From Myxococcota bacterium (GTDB lineage: Bacteria > Myxococcota_A > UBA796 > UBA2385): DNA of 64,000 nucleotides. Below, piece by piece: positions 1-10,077 of the stretch; position 1 is the stretch's first letter; every line of letters starts with the position of its first letter. The DNA is taken from NCBI GenBank assembly GCA_044344255.1, contig JBIJDH010000011.1, positions 160,001-224,000 of the forward strand, written 5' to 3'. The position numbers and the translations under genes are program-made. Under the pieces are notes generated by a model that saw only the letters and a list, made by a program, of their open reading frames with translations, searched no databases and was not told the origin of the DNA.

Positions 1-60
1 CAAGAGCACGAGGGGCGGCTCTTCTGCATTACACTGGGCCCCCACTCGAGGCCTCCGCCC

Positions 61-1821
61 TTGCCCACGCGCCGCCCCCCGCTCCGCCCGTCCCTCCTCG
101 CGCTGACCGCCCTCCTGTGCTGCGCGCACGGCAGCGACGGGCCCTCCGGCGACAAAGGCGACGGCGACGACGGGCCGCGCTACGCTACCTCCTTCACGAT
201 GGTGACCGTCGATCCGGCGACCCCGGCCTCGATGAAGCTCTTGGTGCAGGCCTGCGCCGGCCTCGAGAACCGCGCGCTCGGGGGCTCCGTCCTCGTCCGC
301 TTCGACGACACCGACGAGCTCTGGCTCGATGAGCTCGGCCTCAGCCCGGCGGCCACGCTGTCGGCCGACGACTTCGTGGCCTCCTGCCAGGCCGAGATCC
401 CCTCCTGCGTCCGCTACGACTACGACACGCAGCACGAGCTGCTCCCGAGCATCCTCACGGCCGCCTCCGCCCTCGGTGCCCTGCCGATGGATGTGGGCCT
501 CGGCCTCGACTGCAACGTGGTCGTGGACGCCACCGCCGAGCTCCAGGACAAGACCACCCAGGAGCTCGCCACCCGCTGGGCCTTCGAACGGTACGCGGCC
601 GACACGACGGGCCTCGCGATGCTCAACCCCGGCTACGACGCCAACGCCGCCGATCGCAGCGACCCTCCGCTCACCTCGGACATGGGGCCGCAGACCGTGG
701 ACTTCGTCTTCTCGGAGCGGCTCTTCGTCCTCTTCCTGGTGAACGGATGCCAGGCGGGTGACCCGGAGAACCTCTTGCTGGACGAGATTGTCAACGCCGG
801 CAACTGGCCCCTGCCCCTCGGCGTCTACGGATACAACGACTCTTGGCTCATCGGCGGCTACCTCCACGAGGCGCAGACGCGCTGCCTCGATTCGCGAAAC
901 ATGGGCGCGATCCCCTCGAAGACGGTCAACCTCTCCTTCTACTCGACCCGCCGCGCGCCGATCGTGGAGCCGGGCGAGCTCACGGTCACCCCGCCCGAGG
1001 AGCCCCACTACGACCCCGAGAAGACCTACGTGGCCTTCATCGTGGGAGACGGCGACAACGTCGACTACATCATGCACGCCCGCGGCGACTGGATGCGACA
1101 GCGCCTCGTGGCCTGCGCCGCGGACGAGGGCGCCTGCGCACCGCTCACCTGGTCGATCTCCCCCCATCTCCCGCACCTCGCGCCCGACCTGCTTGAGTGG
1201 TATGCCGCCGCAGGTGTACAGACGGGCGCCGACTACTTTTCGTTGCCGCCGAGCGGCCACCTCTACGCCTACCCCTCCTCCATGTCCGACGCCGATCAGG
1301 ACCTCTTCGTCACCGCCACCGAGCAGGACGCCGCCATCCTCGGCACCCACAGCACCGTCCACTGGGACTGGAACGAAACCTGGGCTGTGGCCGAGCAGGA
1401 ATTCCTTCCGAAGTACGCCGAGCAAGGCGTTATCCAGGGGATCATCCCGGTCAACGTGCCCTACCTCATCGACGCCTTCCCGGACTGGCCCGAGGACCGT
1501 TACTATGAGGTGTTGGGCGGCACGGTCGTGCTCTTCCGGCCCCGGCAGTGGCGCGGGATCGACGACAGCGACAGCTTCTTCCTGAGCCCGGAGCATATGG
1601 CCGAGGAGCTCGTCGGCTATCCCCCGGGGACGGTCACCGCGATCTACCTGACGAGCGACGGGGGCCTCAGCCTGGACAACTCCGTCTATCCCCTCATCGA
1701 CCTGCTCCCCGACACCGTGCAGCTCGTGAGCAGCGACGCGGCCGCGAAGCTCGCCCTGGAGGCGAGCGGGCTCCCGAGCACAGGCGCCAGGAGCTGCGGC
1801 TGTGCAGGCTGGGATGGGTGA
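61..1821 (+). CDS. GxGYxYP-family putative glycoside hydrolase/deacetylase-like exported lipoprotein
   Basis: Signal peptide with Cys; FIVGDGDN and PSGHLYAYPS motifs typical of the GxGYxYP C-terminal domain; GC3-rich codons. Confidence 0.65.
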   Translation: MPTRRPPLRPSLLALTALLCCAHGSDGPSGDKGDGDDGPRYATSFTMVTVDPATPASMKLLVQACAGLENRALGGSVLVRFDDTDELWLDELGLSPAATLSADDFVASCQAEIPSCVRYDYDTQHELLPSILTAASALGALPMDVGLGLDCNVVVDATAELQDKTTQELATRWAFERYAADTTGLAMLNPGYDANAADRSDPPLTSDMGPQTVDFVFSERLFVLFLVNGCQAGDPENLLLDEIVNAGNWPLPLGVYGYNDSWLIGGYLHEAQTRCLDSRNMGAIPSKTVNLSFYSTRRAPIVEPGELTVTPPEEPHYDPEKTYVAFIVGDGDNVDYIMHARGDWMRQRLVACAADEGACAPLTWSISPHLPHLAPDLLEWYAAAGVQTGADYFSLPPSGHLYAYPSSMSDADQDLFVTATEQDAAILGTHSTVHWDWNETWAVAEQEFLPKYAEQGVIQGIIPVNVPYLIDAFPDWPEDRYYEVLGGTVVLFRPRQWRGIDDSDSFFLSPEHMAEELVGYPPGTVTAIYLTSDGGLSLDNSVYPLIDLLPDTVQLVSSDAAAKLALEASGLPSTGARSCGCAGWDG

Positions 1822-4282
1822 CCGCGCCACCCCGCTCGGCGGAGTCACCGAAAGAGGCCGCGACGCGGCGTCGACCTCACGCTCGCCGCTCCACGCCGGG
1901 CTCGTGCTTCTCCTGGTCGGATGTAGCGCCCCCTCCACGGTGGATGGCAGGGCGAACGGCCCTAATCTGCCGAGCGCGGAGGGCGACTCCTCCAGCCCCG
2001 CTCCGGCAGACTCCGCTTCGCCTTCGCCGCCCGAGCCCGCCGACGCCCCGGTCGAGGTGCTGCCCGCGGAGCTCGCCGGGGACCTCCTCTTCACCGACGA
2101 CGAGGTCCACCCGATCGGCCTCTCCCTCGACGAAGCCGCCTGGGACTCCCTGCTCACCGCTCCGGCGACCTATGTGCAGGGCACCTTCTCGGACGGCCGG
2201 CTCAGCTTGGGTGTCGGGGTCCGCCTGAAGGGAAACAGCTCCTTCCAGCCGCTCACCGGCAAGCCGAGCTTCCGCATCAGCTTCGACCACTTCGTGGACG
2301 GACAGCGCTACGACGGCCTCGAGGCGGTCGATCTCATCAGCGAGGTCGAGGACCCCTCCTCCCTCTCCGAGGCCCTCGCCTATCGGCTCTTCCGCGCCGC
2401 CGACCTGCCGGCGAGCCGGACGGGCTTCGCCTGGCTGCAGGTCAATACGCTCGACTACGGCCTCTACACCCTCGTCGAGAAGAAGGACGACGTGCTGATC
2501 GGCCGGGTCTGGCCGGACGACCGGGAGGGTGGGCTCTACGAGTCCTCCTCGGAGCGCTGGCCCTGCGACTTCGACGACCCGGGAGATCCCCGCTGCGACT
2601 GCTGGGAGCAGGACGAGGTGGGGACCGACAGCCGCGCCGACCTCGAAGCCCTCTGTGCCCTCGCCACCGACACTGGAGACGCCGACTGGTACGCAGCGGT
2701 GGGGGAGTCCATCGACGGGCCGGGGGTGCTCGGCCACATGGCGATGGAGATCCTGCTCGGGGCGCACGACCATTATGCCGGTTACATGGGGAATGTATAC
2801 CTGTACCATCGGCCCCTGGCCGCCCGCTGGTCGTTCCTGCCAGCCTCGATGAATTCGGCCTTCGGCTCGCAGCGGTACGCACCCGGCTCCTGCGGGAGCG
2901 CCGCCCTCGCCCCGACCGACTTCGCAGGCGGCCTGCTCGCCCGCCGCTGCTGGGCCGATGAGGCCTGCACCATTGACCTCTACGCCGCCCTTCGGCGGGA
3001 CGTCGATGTCCTGCTCGACTCCGACCTGCTCGTCACGCTCGACGCCTGGGCGGAGCTGCTCGGCCCCTACGCCGCCGCCGATCCCCGCAGCGGCTACACG
3101 TCGGAGGACTTCGAGGCCCAGGTCGCCTGTATCGGCGACTGGCTGCGCGCCCGCCCCGCCGCGCTCGGCCCCTACCTGCCCGCCGCCTGCCTCGGAGAGG
3201 GCGGTGAGCTCGACATTGAAGGCTGGGGCGACCTCTCCACCAACGGCTCCTGCGACCGCAGCGCGCCGGACGCCGTCTCCTTCGCGGTGCTCGGGGTGGA
3301 GGGGGCGCGGGTGACCCTCGATCGGCCGCCCGATGGCCTCGCCCTGGGGGACGAGGTGCTGCTCCTCGTCGCGCAGAGCACCGATGGGGAGGGTGTGGGC
3401 GAGGGGCAGTTCACCACGGTCGCGGGCCTCCTTGCCGATGGGGTCCTCCTCGACCCGGCCCCCGAGGCGCCGGTCGCGGGGGCGCGACAGAGCCTCCAGC
3501 GGGTCCCCCATTACGACCGGGTCACCGTTCGGGGCGGCGGGACGCTGACCACCGGCGCCTGGGACGGGCAGAAGGGCGGGGTCCTGGCGATGCGGGTGGG
3601 GGAGCTCAGCATCGAGGACGGCGGCAGCGTCTCGGTCGCCGGCCTCGGCTACGCCGGCGGGCCGACCGGCGGCGGCTACAACATCGACGGCTACCAGGGG
3701 GAGAGCGTGGCGGGTCCAGGTGTCGGCGGGGCGCTGAGCACCGAGGGCTACAACGAGACAAACGGAGCCTGGGCCGCGAATTACGGCGGTGGCGGATGTA
3801 ATGTCGGGGGCGGCGGCGGCGAGCACGCGGGGGGCGCGACGGCGTCTCCCTCCTGGAACGGGACGTCGAGCGCCCCAGAGGCCGGGGAACCCTATGGAGA
3901 CCCGAGCGCCGCCTCCTTCGTCTTCGGCTCGGGGGGCGGCGGGGTGGTGAACCTCGGCGGGAGCTCAGGCCCCGGCGGGGCCGGCGGAGGCGCGCTCTTC
4001 ATCGAGGCCGACACCCTGGTAGCGGAGGGGGCGGGTGCCTTGTCGGCCCGCGGCGCCGACGCCACAAGCTGGTCGGCCGGGACCTGGAGCTACGGCGCCG
4101 GGGGCGGAGCCGGCGGGACGGTCTGGATCGTGGCGGAGACCGTCGAGCTGGCCCTCGGGGCCATCCTCGTCGAGGGAGGGGCGGGCTACTCGGCCGTCAC
4201 CCGACCGGGCGGGGACGGTGGGTCCGGGCGGCAGCGCCTCGAATGTGGCACGCTCGACGGAGAGGTCTGCCCCGAACCCTGA
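1814..4282 (+). CDS. CotH kinase-family lipoprotein with C-terminal Gly-rich domain
   Basis: GVRLKGNSSF, KPSFRISFD, YGLYTLVE, NVYLY CotH motifs; long Gly-rich C-terminus; ATG at 1814 overlaps upstream stop. Confidence 0.8.
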   Translation: MGDRATPLGGVTERGRDAASTSRSPLHAGLVLLLVGCSAPSTVDGRANGPNLPSAEGDSSSPAPADSASPSPPEPADAPVEVLPAELAGDLLFTDDEVHPIGLSLDEAAWDSLLTAPATYVQGTFSDGRLSLGVGVRLKGNSSFQPLTGKPSFRISFDHFVDGQRYDGLEAVDLISEVEDPSSLSEALAYRLFRAADLPASRTGFAWLQVNTLDYGLYTLVEKKDDVLIGRVWPDDREGGLYESSSERWPCDFDDPGDPRCDCWEQDEVGTDSRADLEALCALATDTGDADWYAAVGESIDGPGVLGHMAMEILLGAHDHYAGYMGNVYLYHRPLAARWSFLPASMNSAFGSQRYAPGSCGSAALAPTDFAGGLLARRCWADEACTIDLYAALRRDVDVLLDSDLLVTLDAWAELLGPYAAADPRSGYTSEDFEAQVACIGDWLRARPAALGPYLPAACLGEGGELDIEGWGDLSTNGSCDRSAPDAVSFAVLGVEGARVTLDRPPDGLALGDEVLLLVAQSTDGEGVGEGQFTTVAGLLADGVLLDPAPEAPVAGARQSLQRVPHYDRVTVRGGGTLTTGAWDGQKGGVLAMRVGELSIEDGGSVSVAGLGYAGGPTGGGYNIDGYQGESVAGPGVGGALSTEGYNETNGAWAANYGGGGCNVGGGGGEHAGGATASPSWNGTSSAPEAGEPYGDPSAASFVFGSGGGGVVNLGGSSGPGGAGGGALFIEADTLVAEGAGALSARGADATSWSAGTWSYGAGGGAGGTVWIVAETVELALGAILVEGGAGYSAVTRPGGDGGSGRQRLECGTLDGEVCPEP

Positions 4283-4408
4283 TGGTTTCGCGCAGCGCGA
4301 GCCGGAGGGCGGCCCGCCGGTCGAGGGTGGGAGTGTCCAACAGTGCGGGGCAACGCCAATCGGGCGGGATGGCGGCGGCTTCACACCCCGCACGTCCTGG
4401 GGATAAGT

Positions 4409-4429
4409 ATGCGCATGAGTCATGCGCAT
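4409..4429. promoter_or_regulatory. Perfect inverted repeat, putative ccdAB operator
   Basis: ATGCGCATGA-G-TCATGCGCAT, 10-bp arms with 1-nt spacer, at the ccdA start. Confidence 0.55.
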
Positions 4430-4663
4430 CCCGCTCCCTCATCCTCCCGGCGAGCCGTAAACCTCTCGGTCGATCGCGAGCTCATTGACGCCGCGCGCGA
4501 GCTCGGGATCCCGCTGTCGTCCACACTGGAAGAGGCCCTTCGCATCCGCGTTCTTGCCGCACGCGAGCACCAATGGCTCGCGGATAACGCAGAGGCGATA
4601 GGCGCCTACAACGAGCGCGTGGGCCGAGAGGGCACCTTTGGCGAGCAGTTTGGGAACATCTGA
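4409..4663 (+). CDS. ccdA: Type II antitoxin CcdA
   Basis: RAVNLSVDRELI..ARELGIPLS..LEEAL..W..DNAEAI.AYNE pattern of CcdA; TGATG overlap with ccdB. Confidence 0.9.
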   Translation: MRMSHAHPAPSSSRRAVNLSVDRELIDAARELGIPLSSTLEEALRIRVLAAREHQWLADNAEAIGAYNERVGREGTFGEQFGNI

Positions 4664-4977
4664 TGGCTCGCTGGGACGTGCTGCGAAACGTTTCACGGCG
4701 AGGGAGCCGAGATATCCCTTACCTGCTGGATGTCCAAGCCGACCTCTTGTCTCATTTGCATACCCGCGTCGTGGTGCCGCTCTATCGCGCCAGCCTCATA
4801 CAACGGCCACTCTCCCAGCTTCAGCCCTGCTTTGTCGTGGAGGGTGTGGACGTGGTCATGGACTCGCCCACCCTGGTCGGCGTCCCGATCGGGGCCCTGG
4901 GCCCTCTGGTGACTAACCTCGGCTCCCAACGCGACACGATCACGCGCGCCCTGGGCTTTCTGTTCACCGGAGTATGA
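4663..4977 (+). CDS. ccdB: Type II toxin CcdB (gyrase poison family)
   Basis: PYLLDVQADLL..L.TRVVVPL motif and C-terminal FLFTGV; directly downstream of ccdA. Confidence 0.9.
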   Translation: MARWDVLRNVSRRGSRDIPYLLDVQADLLSHLHTRVVVPLYRASLIQRPLSQLQPCFVVEGVDVVMDSPTLVGVPIGALGPLVTNLGSQRDTITRALGFLFTGV

Positions 4978-4980
4978 GCT

Positions 4981-5142
4981 CGGAGGTACCACTCCCAGCG
5001 GGCGTCCTGGTTGTCGATGGTGGCCCGCTCGAGCTCAGGGTTTCCATAGAGGAGGCGACCCGAGCGGTCGTCATGATAGGCCACTGGAGAGAGCTCGCCT
5101 GCGACCGGCCTGAGGCTCGTATCAAAGAGCTCGAAGATGGAG
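4981..5142 (-). pseudogene. Degenerate, internally deleted fragment of the adjacent TonB-dependent receptor gene
   Basis: Matches 5809-5924 joined to 6051-6096; encodes AYHDDRSGRLLYGNPELERATIDNQDARWEWY versus AYYDYRSGRLLYGNPELERATIDNLDARWEWY. Confidence 0.85.
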
Positions 5143-5210
5143 CCGCCAGGGGCCTCTGCTAACGCCCCACGTCCGATCCGGTCATCCAGCCTCCCCCCGG
5201 TTCCAGCCCC

Positions 5211-8200
5211 TCACAAGGGGCTCCACCCCACCGTCATCCCCACCGACCAGCCCTCGCGGCTCTCCTGGCTCACCTCTTCGCCGGTGGTCTCCCGGATCGG
5301 CCAGTCGAGGAGGTTCGTCGCCTTGAGGCGCAGGCTCCAGTGCTCGCCGAAGCCCTGGGAGCCGACGAGGTCGAGGCGGTGGACGGGCTCCTCGTAGGTG
5401 TCGGGGATGCCGGATGTGCCCACATCCACGATGCGGGGGCCAAAGACATTGTAGAGGAGGGAGGCGGCGCTCCGTCGGTCGGGGTCCTCGTAGCCAAACT
5501 GAGCGTTACAGACCCAGGGCGACTGACCCTGCAGCGGCCGGGTGTCGGAGGTCTGGTTGCCGTCGGTGTCGCTGAGGTCGACCCGCGAGCGGATGATCGA
5601 GCCGTTGGCGGCGATGTAGAAGGGCTCGAGGGGGGCGGCGAGGCGGTCGAGGCGCTGGCGGAGCTCGAGCTCGGCGCCGACGTTGGTGGCGCGGGTGGCG
5701 TTGGCGAAGGTGCCCACCGAGCCCGAGACGGCGCTCACGGCGACGACAGACTCGATCGGGTGGTCAAAGTCTTTGTAGAAGGCGCCCACCGACAGGCTCT
5801 CGCCCGAGCGGGGGTACCACTCCCAGCGGGCGTCGAGGTTGTCGATGGTGGCCCGCTCGAGCTCGGGGTTGCCATAGAGGAGGCGACCGGAGCGATAATC
5901 GTAATAGGCCACCTGAGAGAGCTCGCGCAGCTCCGGGCGGGACAGGGTGCGACCGTATCCGAAGCGGACGAGCATCTGCTCCGGCTCGGCGTCGGGGCCC
6001 ACGCCGACGGTGACCGTCGCGGCGGGCAGCAGGTCCGTCGTCGAGAGCTCCCCGGCCACCGGCGTGAGGCTCGTATCGAAGAGCTCGAAGGTGGAGACGA
6101 CCTGGGTCGACTTTTCCACCCGCGCGCCGAGGAGCGAGGAGACCCGCGGGCCAAAGCGTACGTCCCCCATCAGGAAGGCCGCCTGCTGGTTGAGCTCGGC
6201 GGAGTAGTCGTCCGAGCTCGTCGTGTTCTCTTCGAGCTCGAGGTAGCCCGTGTCTCCCTCCTCCTCGGGGCCGATGTTCTCGGGGACGATGACCTCGCTG
6301 ATCGGGGCGGCGAGGTCGATGCCCTCGCTGCCTTGAAACTGGAAGCCGAAGCGGCGGGTGGTGCTCGTGCGCGACCGGGTCAGCCGGGCGGCGCCGGCCT
6401 TGAGGGCGACCGGGCCGATGGGGTGACTGACATCGAGGCCGAGGTCGGTGCTCGTGTCCTCGAGGGTGGAGTAGCGCAGCTCGTTCCAGGAGCCGCGCTG
6501 GGAGAGCACGAGGCCCTCGTCGGTGGAGAGGTAGGTGTACTCCCGCTGGTCGGGCTCGCCCCGGTTCGCGCGGGCGAAGGCGCCGCGGCCCTCGATCTCC
6601 AGCTTGCCGATCTTCTGTTTTCCAATCACCTGCTCGAAGAGGAGCTGCTGCTCCTCCCAGCGGAGGCGGGTGCTCTCGGTGTCATTGCTGCCGGTGGGGT
6701 CGTCGGCCTTGTAGAGCAAGGCGCTGTTGCCGCTGCTGCGCATCAGCAGGGTGGTGCTGCGGAGCTCACCCGAGGGCCAGGAGAGGCCGACGCTGCCCAC
6801 GCCGCCGAGGCGGATCCGGTTCGTGGTCTCCTTGAAGTCTGTCCGCCGCTTGAGCTCGAGGCCAGAATCCCCCGTGCTGTAGGTGGCCTTGTAGCCCTCG
6901 TCGATGTTCCAGCCGTTCTGATAGACAAAGCCGCCGATGGCGCCGAGCTTTACGGGGCCGATGGGGAGGGTGCCCCCCGCGCTCGCCGACAGGCCGAAGT
7001 CGGGCGGGAGCTGGCGCGGGGTGGTGCCCCAGCGGTTGGGGATCATCTCGCCGAAGGCCTCGAGCTCGTCGGCCGAGTAGCCCTCCTCCGAGAAGATGCC
7101 GCCCGGCTTGATCGCCGCCTCGGCGCTGGCGGCGGCGAGCTCGGACGGGAGCTCCCGGTGCTCGAGGCCGAAGCCGAGCCAGTCCGTGGGGCCGCTCGGG
7201 CCGAAGGCGGCCTGCTGGCGCGTGGTCCCGGCGTCCCAGCTCCCCGAGACAGAGATATTGAGGACAGGCTTTTCGGGGATGCTGCGGCTCCGCACCTCCA
7301 CCACGCCGCCGCCGAATTCGCCCGGGCGGTCGGGGGAGAAGGTCTTCTGGATGACCACCGCCTCGATGAGGGAGGTGGGGAAGAGGTCGAGGGGGACGAC
7401 CCGCTTCTCGGGCTCGGGGCTCGGCAGCGAGGAGCCGTTCAGGAGGGTGGCGGAGTAACGGTCGCCGAGGCCGCGCACGTAGACGTACTTGCCGCCGATG
7501 ACGGTGAGGCCCGTCACGCGGCGGAGGGCCGAGGCGGCGTCGCTGTCGCCGGAGCGGCTCATCTGCTCGGCGCCGAGCACGTCGGAGACGGTGCTCGCGT
7601 CCTGCCGTTCGTCGAGCAACGAGGCGGCGCCGCCGGCGATGCGCGGCTCGCGGACGGTGAGATCGGCGAGCTGGAGGCCCACCTTGGTGAGCCGCAGGGT
7701 GAGGGCCCGCTCCTCGTGGGCCACGACGGTGGCGGTGAGGTTGGTGGTGCCGTAGCCGGCGGCCAGGGCCGAGAGCTCTCGCTCGCCCTCGGGGAGGCTC
7801 AGGCGGAAGCGCCCCTCGCGGTCGCTCTTGGCCTCGACGGGCAGCCCCCGCACGAAGACCCGCACCCCCGCGAGCGGCCGCCCTGACTCGTCGTCCACCA
7901 CGAGGCCCAGGAGCTCACCGGGCGGGCCGGAGGCGGTCTCCTTGCGGGCGGCGTCGGCCGAGGGTGACTCGATCTGCACCACCGGCGGCGCCCCCTCGCT
8001 GAGCAGCACCTCGGTGCTGAGCCCGGCGACGAGGGTGGTGGAGACCGGGACCGCCCCGCCGGGCGCGCGGATGAGCAGCTCGACGGGCCCATCCGGAAGG
8101 TTCAAGCGCCAACCTCCCTCGGCGTCGGTCACCGTCTGGGCGCCGCCGGCCTCGACCTCGACCCCCGCGAGGGGGCGCCCCTCCCGGTCGAGCACGAAGC

Positions 8201-8252
8201 CGTGGAGGTCGGCCGCCGCGGCGAGGGCGCCGCCGAGCAGGAGGCCGATCAC
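5211..8252 (-). CDS. TonB-dependent receptor with N-terminal carboxypeptidase-regulatory-like domains
   Basis: Plug motifs ALRRVTG, YVYVRGLGDRY, VPLDLFP; barrel motifs GNPEL..A.IDNLDARWEWY, NLLD; signal peptide. Confidence 0.95.
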   Translation of the reverse strand: MIGLLLGGALAAAADLHGFVLDREGRPLAGVEVEAGGAQTVTDAEGGWRLNLPDGPVELLIRAPGGAVPVSTTLVAGLSTEVLLSEGAPPVVQIESPSADAARKETASGPPGELLGLVVDDESGRPLAGVRVFVRGLPVEAKSDREGRFRLSLPEGERELSALAAGYGTTNLTATVVAHEERALTLRLTKVGLQLADLTVREPRIAGGAASLLDERQDASTVSDVLGAEQMSRSGDSDAASALRRVTGLTVIGGKYVYVRGLGDRYSATLLNGSSLPSPEPEKRVVPLDLFPTSLIEAVVIQKTFSPDRPGEFGGGVVEVRSRSIPEKPVLNISVSGSWDAGTTRQQAAFGPSGPTDWLGFGLEHRELPSELAAASAEAAIKPGGIFSEEGYSADELEAFGEMIPNRWGTTPRQLPPDFGLSASAGGTLPIGPVKLGAIGGFVYQNGWNIDEGYKATYSTGDSGLELKRRTDFKETTNRIRLGGVGSVGLSWPSGELRSTTLLMRSSGNSALLYKADDPTGSNDTESTRLRWEEQQLLFEQVIGKQKIGKLEIEGRGAFARANRGEPDQREYTYLSTDEGLVLSQRGSWNELRYSTLEDTSTDLGLDVSHPIGPVALKAGAARLTRSRTSTTRRFGFQFQGSEGIDLAAPISEVIVPENIGPEEEGDTGYLELEENTTSSDDYSAELNQQAAFLMGDVRFGPRVSSLLGARVEKSTQVVSTFELFDTSLTPVAGELSTTDLLPAATVTVGVGPDAEPEQMLVRFGYGRTLSRPELRELSQVAYYDYRSGRLLYGNPELERATIDNLDARWEWYPRSGESLSVGAFYKDFDHPIESVVAVSAVSGSVGTFANATRATNVGAELELRQRLDRLAAPLEPFYIAANGSIIRSRVDLSDTDGNQTSDTRPLQGQSPWVCNAQFGYEDPDRRSAASLLYNVFGPRIVDVGTSGIPDTYEEPVHRLDLVGSQGFGEHWSLRLKATNLLDWPIRETTGEEVSQESREGWSVGMTVGWSPL

Positions 8253-9418
8253 GAGCAGCCCCAGGTGGGGTCACAGGCCGCCATCGCCGCCCGCAGCTCG
8301 GTGGCGCGGGCGAAGGCCTCGGGTGAGCTCAGGCCCTTGAGCCAGGCCTCGGCCCGGACGTTGTCCCCCTGGCGGAACCAGGCGAAGGCGAGGCCGTAGG
8401 CGATGTCGTCGTCGGTGCTGAGGCCGAGGCGGCGGAGCCGGTCTTCGAGGGCGACGGCGGCGTCCCAGTCCTCGGCCTCGAGCAGGAGCCCGAGGCGCTG
8501 CCGGGCCTTGGCCTTGGGATCGGGCACCCCCGCGTTCGTGCGGAGGGCGGCCTGGAGGTCTCCGGCGCGGCGCCAGGCCTCGGCCGCCTCGAGGGCGAGG
8601 GCGGGCTCGAGCACGGCGGCCCGGAGGAGGAAGCGGGCGGCGGCGCGCGGCTGGCCGTCGTCGAGGGCGGCGCGGGCGGCCTCGACGAGCAGGTCGCGGT
8701 CCTCGCCGGAGCGGAGCAGGGCCGCCTCGAGGATGGTGAGGGCCTCGGTGGTCTCCCCGCCCCGCCGGAGCGCCTCCGAGATGGCGAGGGCGTCGGCGTT
8801 GGTCGCGTCGGGGCGGTCCAGATCTCGCTCCCCGAGCTCGCGGGCCTCGCGGAAGAGGCCGAGCCGCACGAGCAGATAGACCTGCTGCCGCCGCAGATCG
8901 GCCTGCTCGGGGAAGGCCGCCGCGCCGGCCTGGAGGGCGGCCCAGGCGGCGTCAAGGTCACCCCGCCGCTCCTCGGCCTCGGCGCGCAACAGGAAGGAGC
9001 CGGGGAGGCTCCGGCCCACCGCCCCCGCGCGGTCAAGGGCGGAGACGGCGCCGGCCGGATCACCGCTGGCGAGCAGGGCGCGGGCGAGGTGCAGCTCCAG
9101 CAGCTCCCGCCCCTCCGTGGCCACCGCGAGGGCCGCGGTGAAGGCCCGGGCGGCCGCGGGGGCGTCCTTGTCGTGGAGCGCGACGAGGCCCACGAGGGTG
9201 TGGTAGCGGGGCCGATCGACGCCCGGGGCGCCCGCGTCGATGGCCCGGAGGAGCTCCCCGGCCCGCGCCCAGTCCCCCTCGCGCACGAGCATGCCTGCGA
9301 CCGCGACGCGCTCGTCTGGGGCCGCCTCCTTCTTTCGCGGGCCGCCGAGCGCGAGGCCGCCGATGAACAGCAGCAGGCAGAGGGCGGAGGCCGAGGGTCG
9401 GGGCAGGGCCATGCTCAC
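8249..9418 (-). CDS. Tetratricopeptide-repeat protein of the TonB operon
   Basis: Signal peptide, Ala/Leu-rich helical repeats, coupled between tonB and the receptor. Confidence 0.8.
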   Translation of the reverse strand: MSMALPRPSASALCLLLFIGGLALGGPRKKEAAPDERVAVAGMLVREGDWARAGELLRAIDAGAPGVDRPRYHTLVGLVALHDKDAPAAARAFTAALAVATEGRELLELHLARALLASGDPAGAVSALDRAGAVGRSLPGSFLLRAEAEERRGDLDAAWAALQAGAAAFPEQADLRRQQVYLLVRLGLFREARELGERDLDRPDATNADALAISEALRRGGETTEALTILEAALLRSGEDRDLLVEAARAALDDGQPRAAARFLLRAAVLEPALALEAAEAWRRAGDLQAALRTNAGVPDPKAKARQRLGLLLEAEDWDAAVALEDRLRRLGLSTDDDIAYGLAFAWFRQGDNVRAEAWLKGLSSPEAFARATELRAAMAACDPTWGCS

Positions 9419-10077
9419 TCCAGCTCGAAGCGGAGGGTCTGGCGCACCCGCACCGCCACCGGCGCGCCCTCCTGGAGGCCGGGGTCGAAGGTCCAGCCAG
9501 AGGCCGCCTCGAGGGCCGCCGCGTCGAAGACGCCGGGGGGCACCGACTCGACGATGTGGAGATCTTCCACGCTCCCGTCGATGTCGACCACGAAGCTCAC
9601 CGTCACCCGACCGGTCTGCCCGTTCTGCCGCGCCCGGGCCGGGAAGGTGGGCGGGCGCTGCTCGGTCGGCCGGGGCGGCTCTTCGACCTCCTCCTCGCTC
9701 ATCACCCGCGTCCCCACCTGGTCGAGCAGGGCGGAGGTGGCGCCGACCATCGCGGCGTCGGCGCCGCGGTCGAGGCCGAAGTCGAGCCCGGCGAGCCCGG
9801 CGGCCAGCGCGGGGGCGGCCGAGGGGGCGGCGCGGGCCGCCTTCTTCACGGGGGAGCTGCGGGCCTTTCGCGGCGCCGTACGGCTCTGCCGCTCGGGGGC
9901 GGCGGCCATCAGCTCGACGGCGGACTCGAGCTCGGGCGCCTTCTTCTCCACCTGGGCGTTCATCCCGAGGCTGAGGCCCACGACGCCGAGCGTACCGAGC
10001 AAGCTGATGACGAGGGCGCCCACGTGGCGAGCGAGGCCCCCGCGCGTCCGGCCCGGCGCGCCCCGCTCACTCGGCAT
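9415..10077 (-). CDS. tonB: Energy transducer TonB
   Basis: N-terminal TM; FPARAR..G.TGRVTVSFVVD..G.V, S.PPGVFD.AA, W.F.PG TonB C-domain. Confidence 0.92.
   Translation of the reverse strand: MPSERGAPGRTRGGLARHVGALVISLLGTLGVVGLSLGMNAQVEKKAPELESAVELMAAAPERQSRTAPRKARSSPVKKAARAAPSAAPALAAGLAGLDFGLDRGADAAMVGATSALLDQVGTRVMSEEEVEEPPRPTEQRPPTFPARARQNGQTGRVTVSFVVDIDGSVEDLHIVESVPPGVFDAAALEAASGWTFDPGLQEGAPVAVRVRQTLRFELE

Noticed and set aside
4981..5924. Diversity-generating retroelement template/variable repeat pair (also considered for 25190-25386 versus 33473-33811)
   Set aside because: Mismatches are not adenine-specific on either strand, the copies carry internal deletions, and no reverse transcriptase is in the window.
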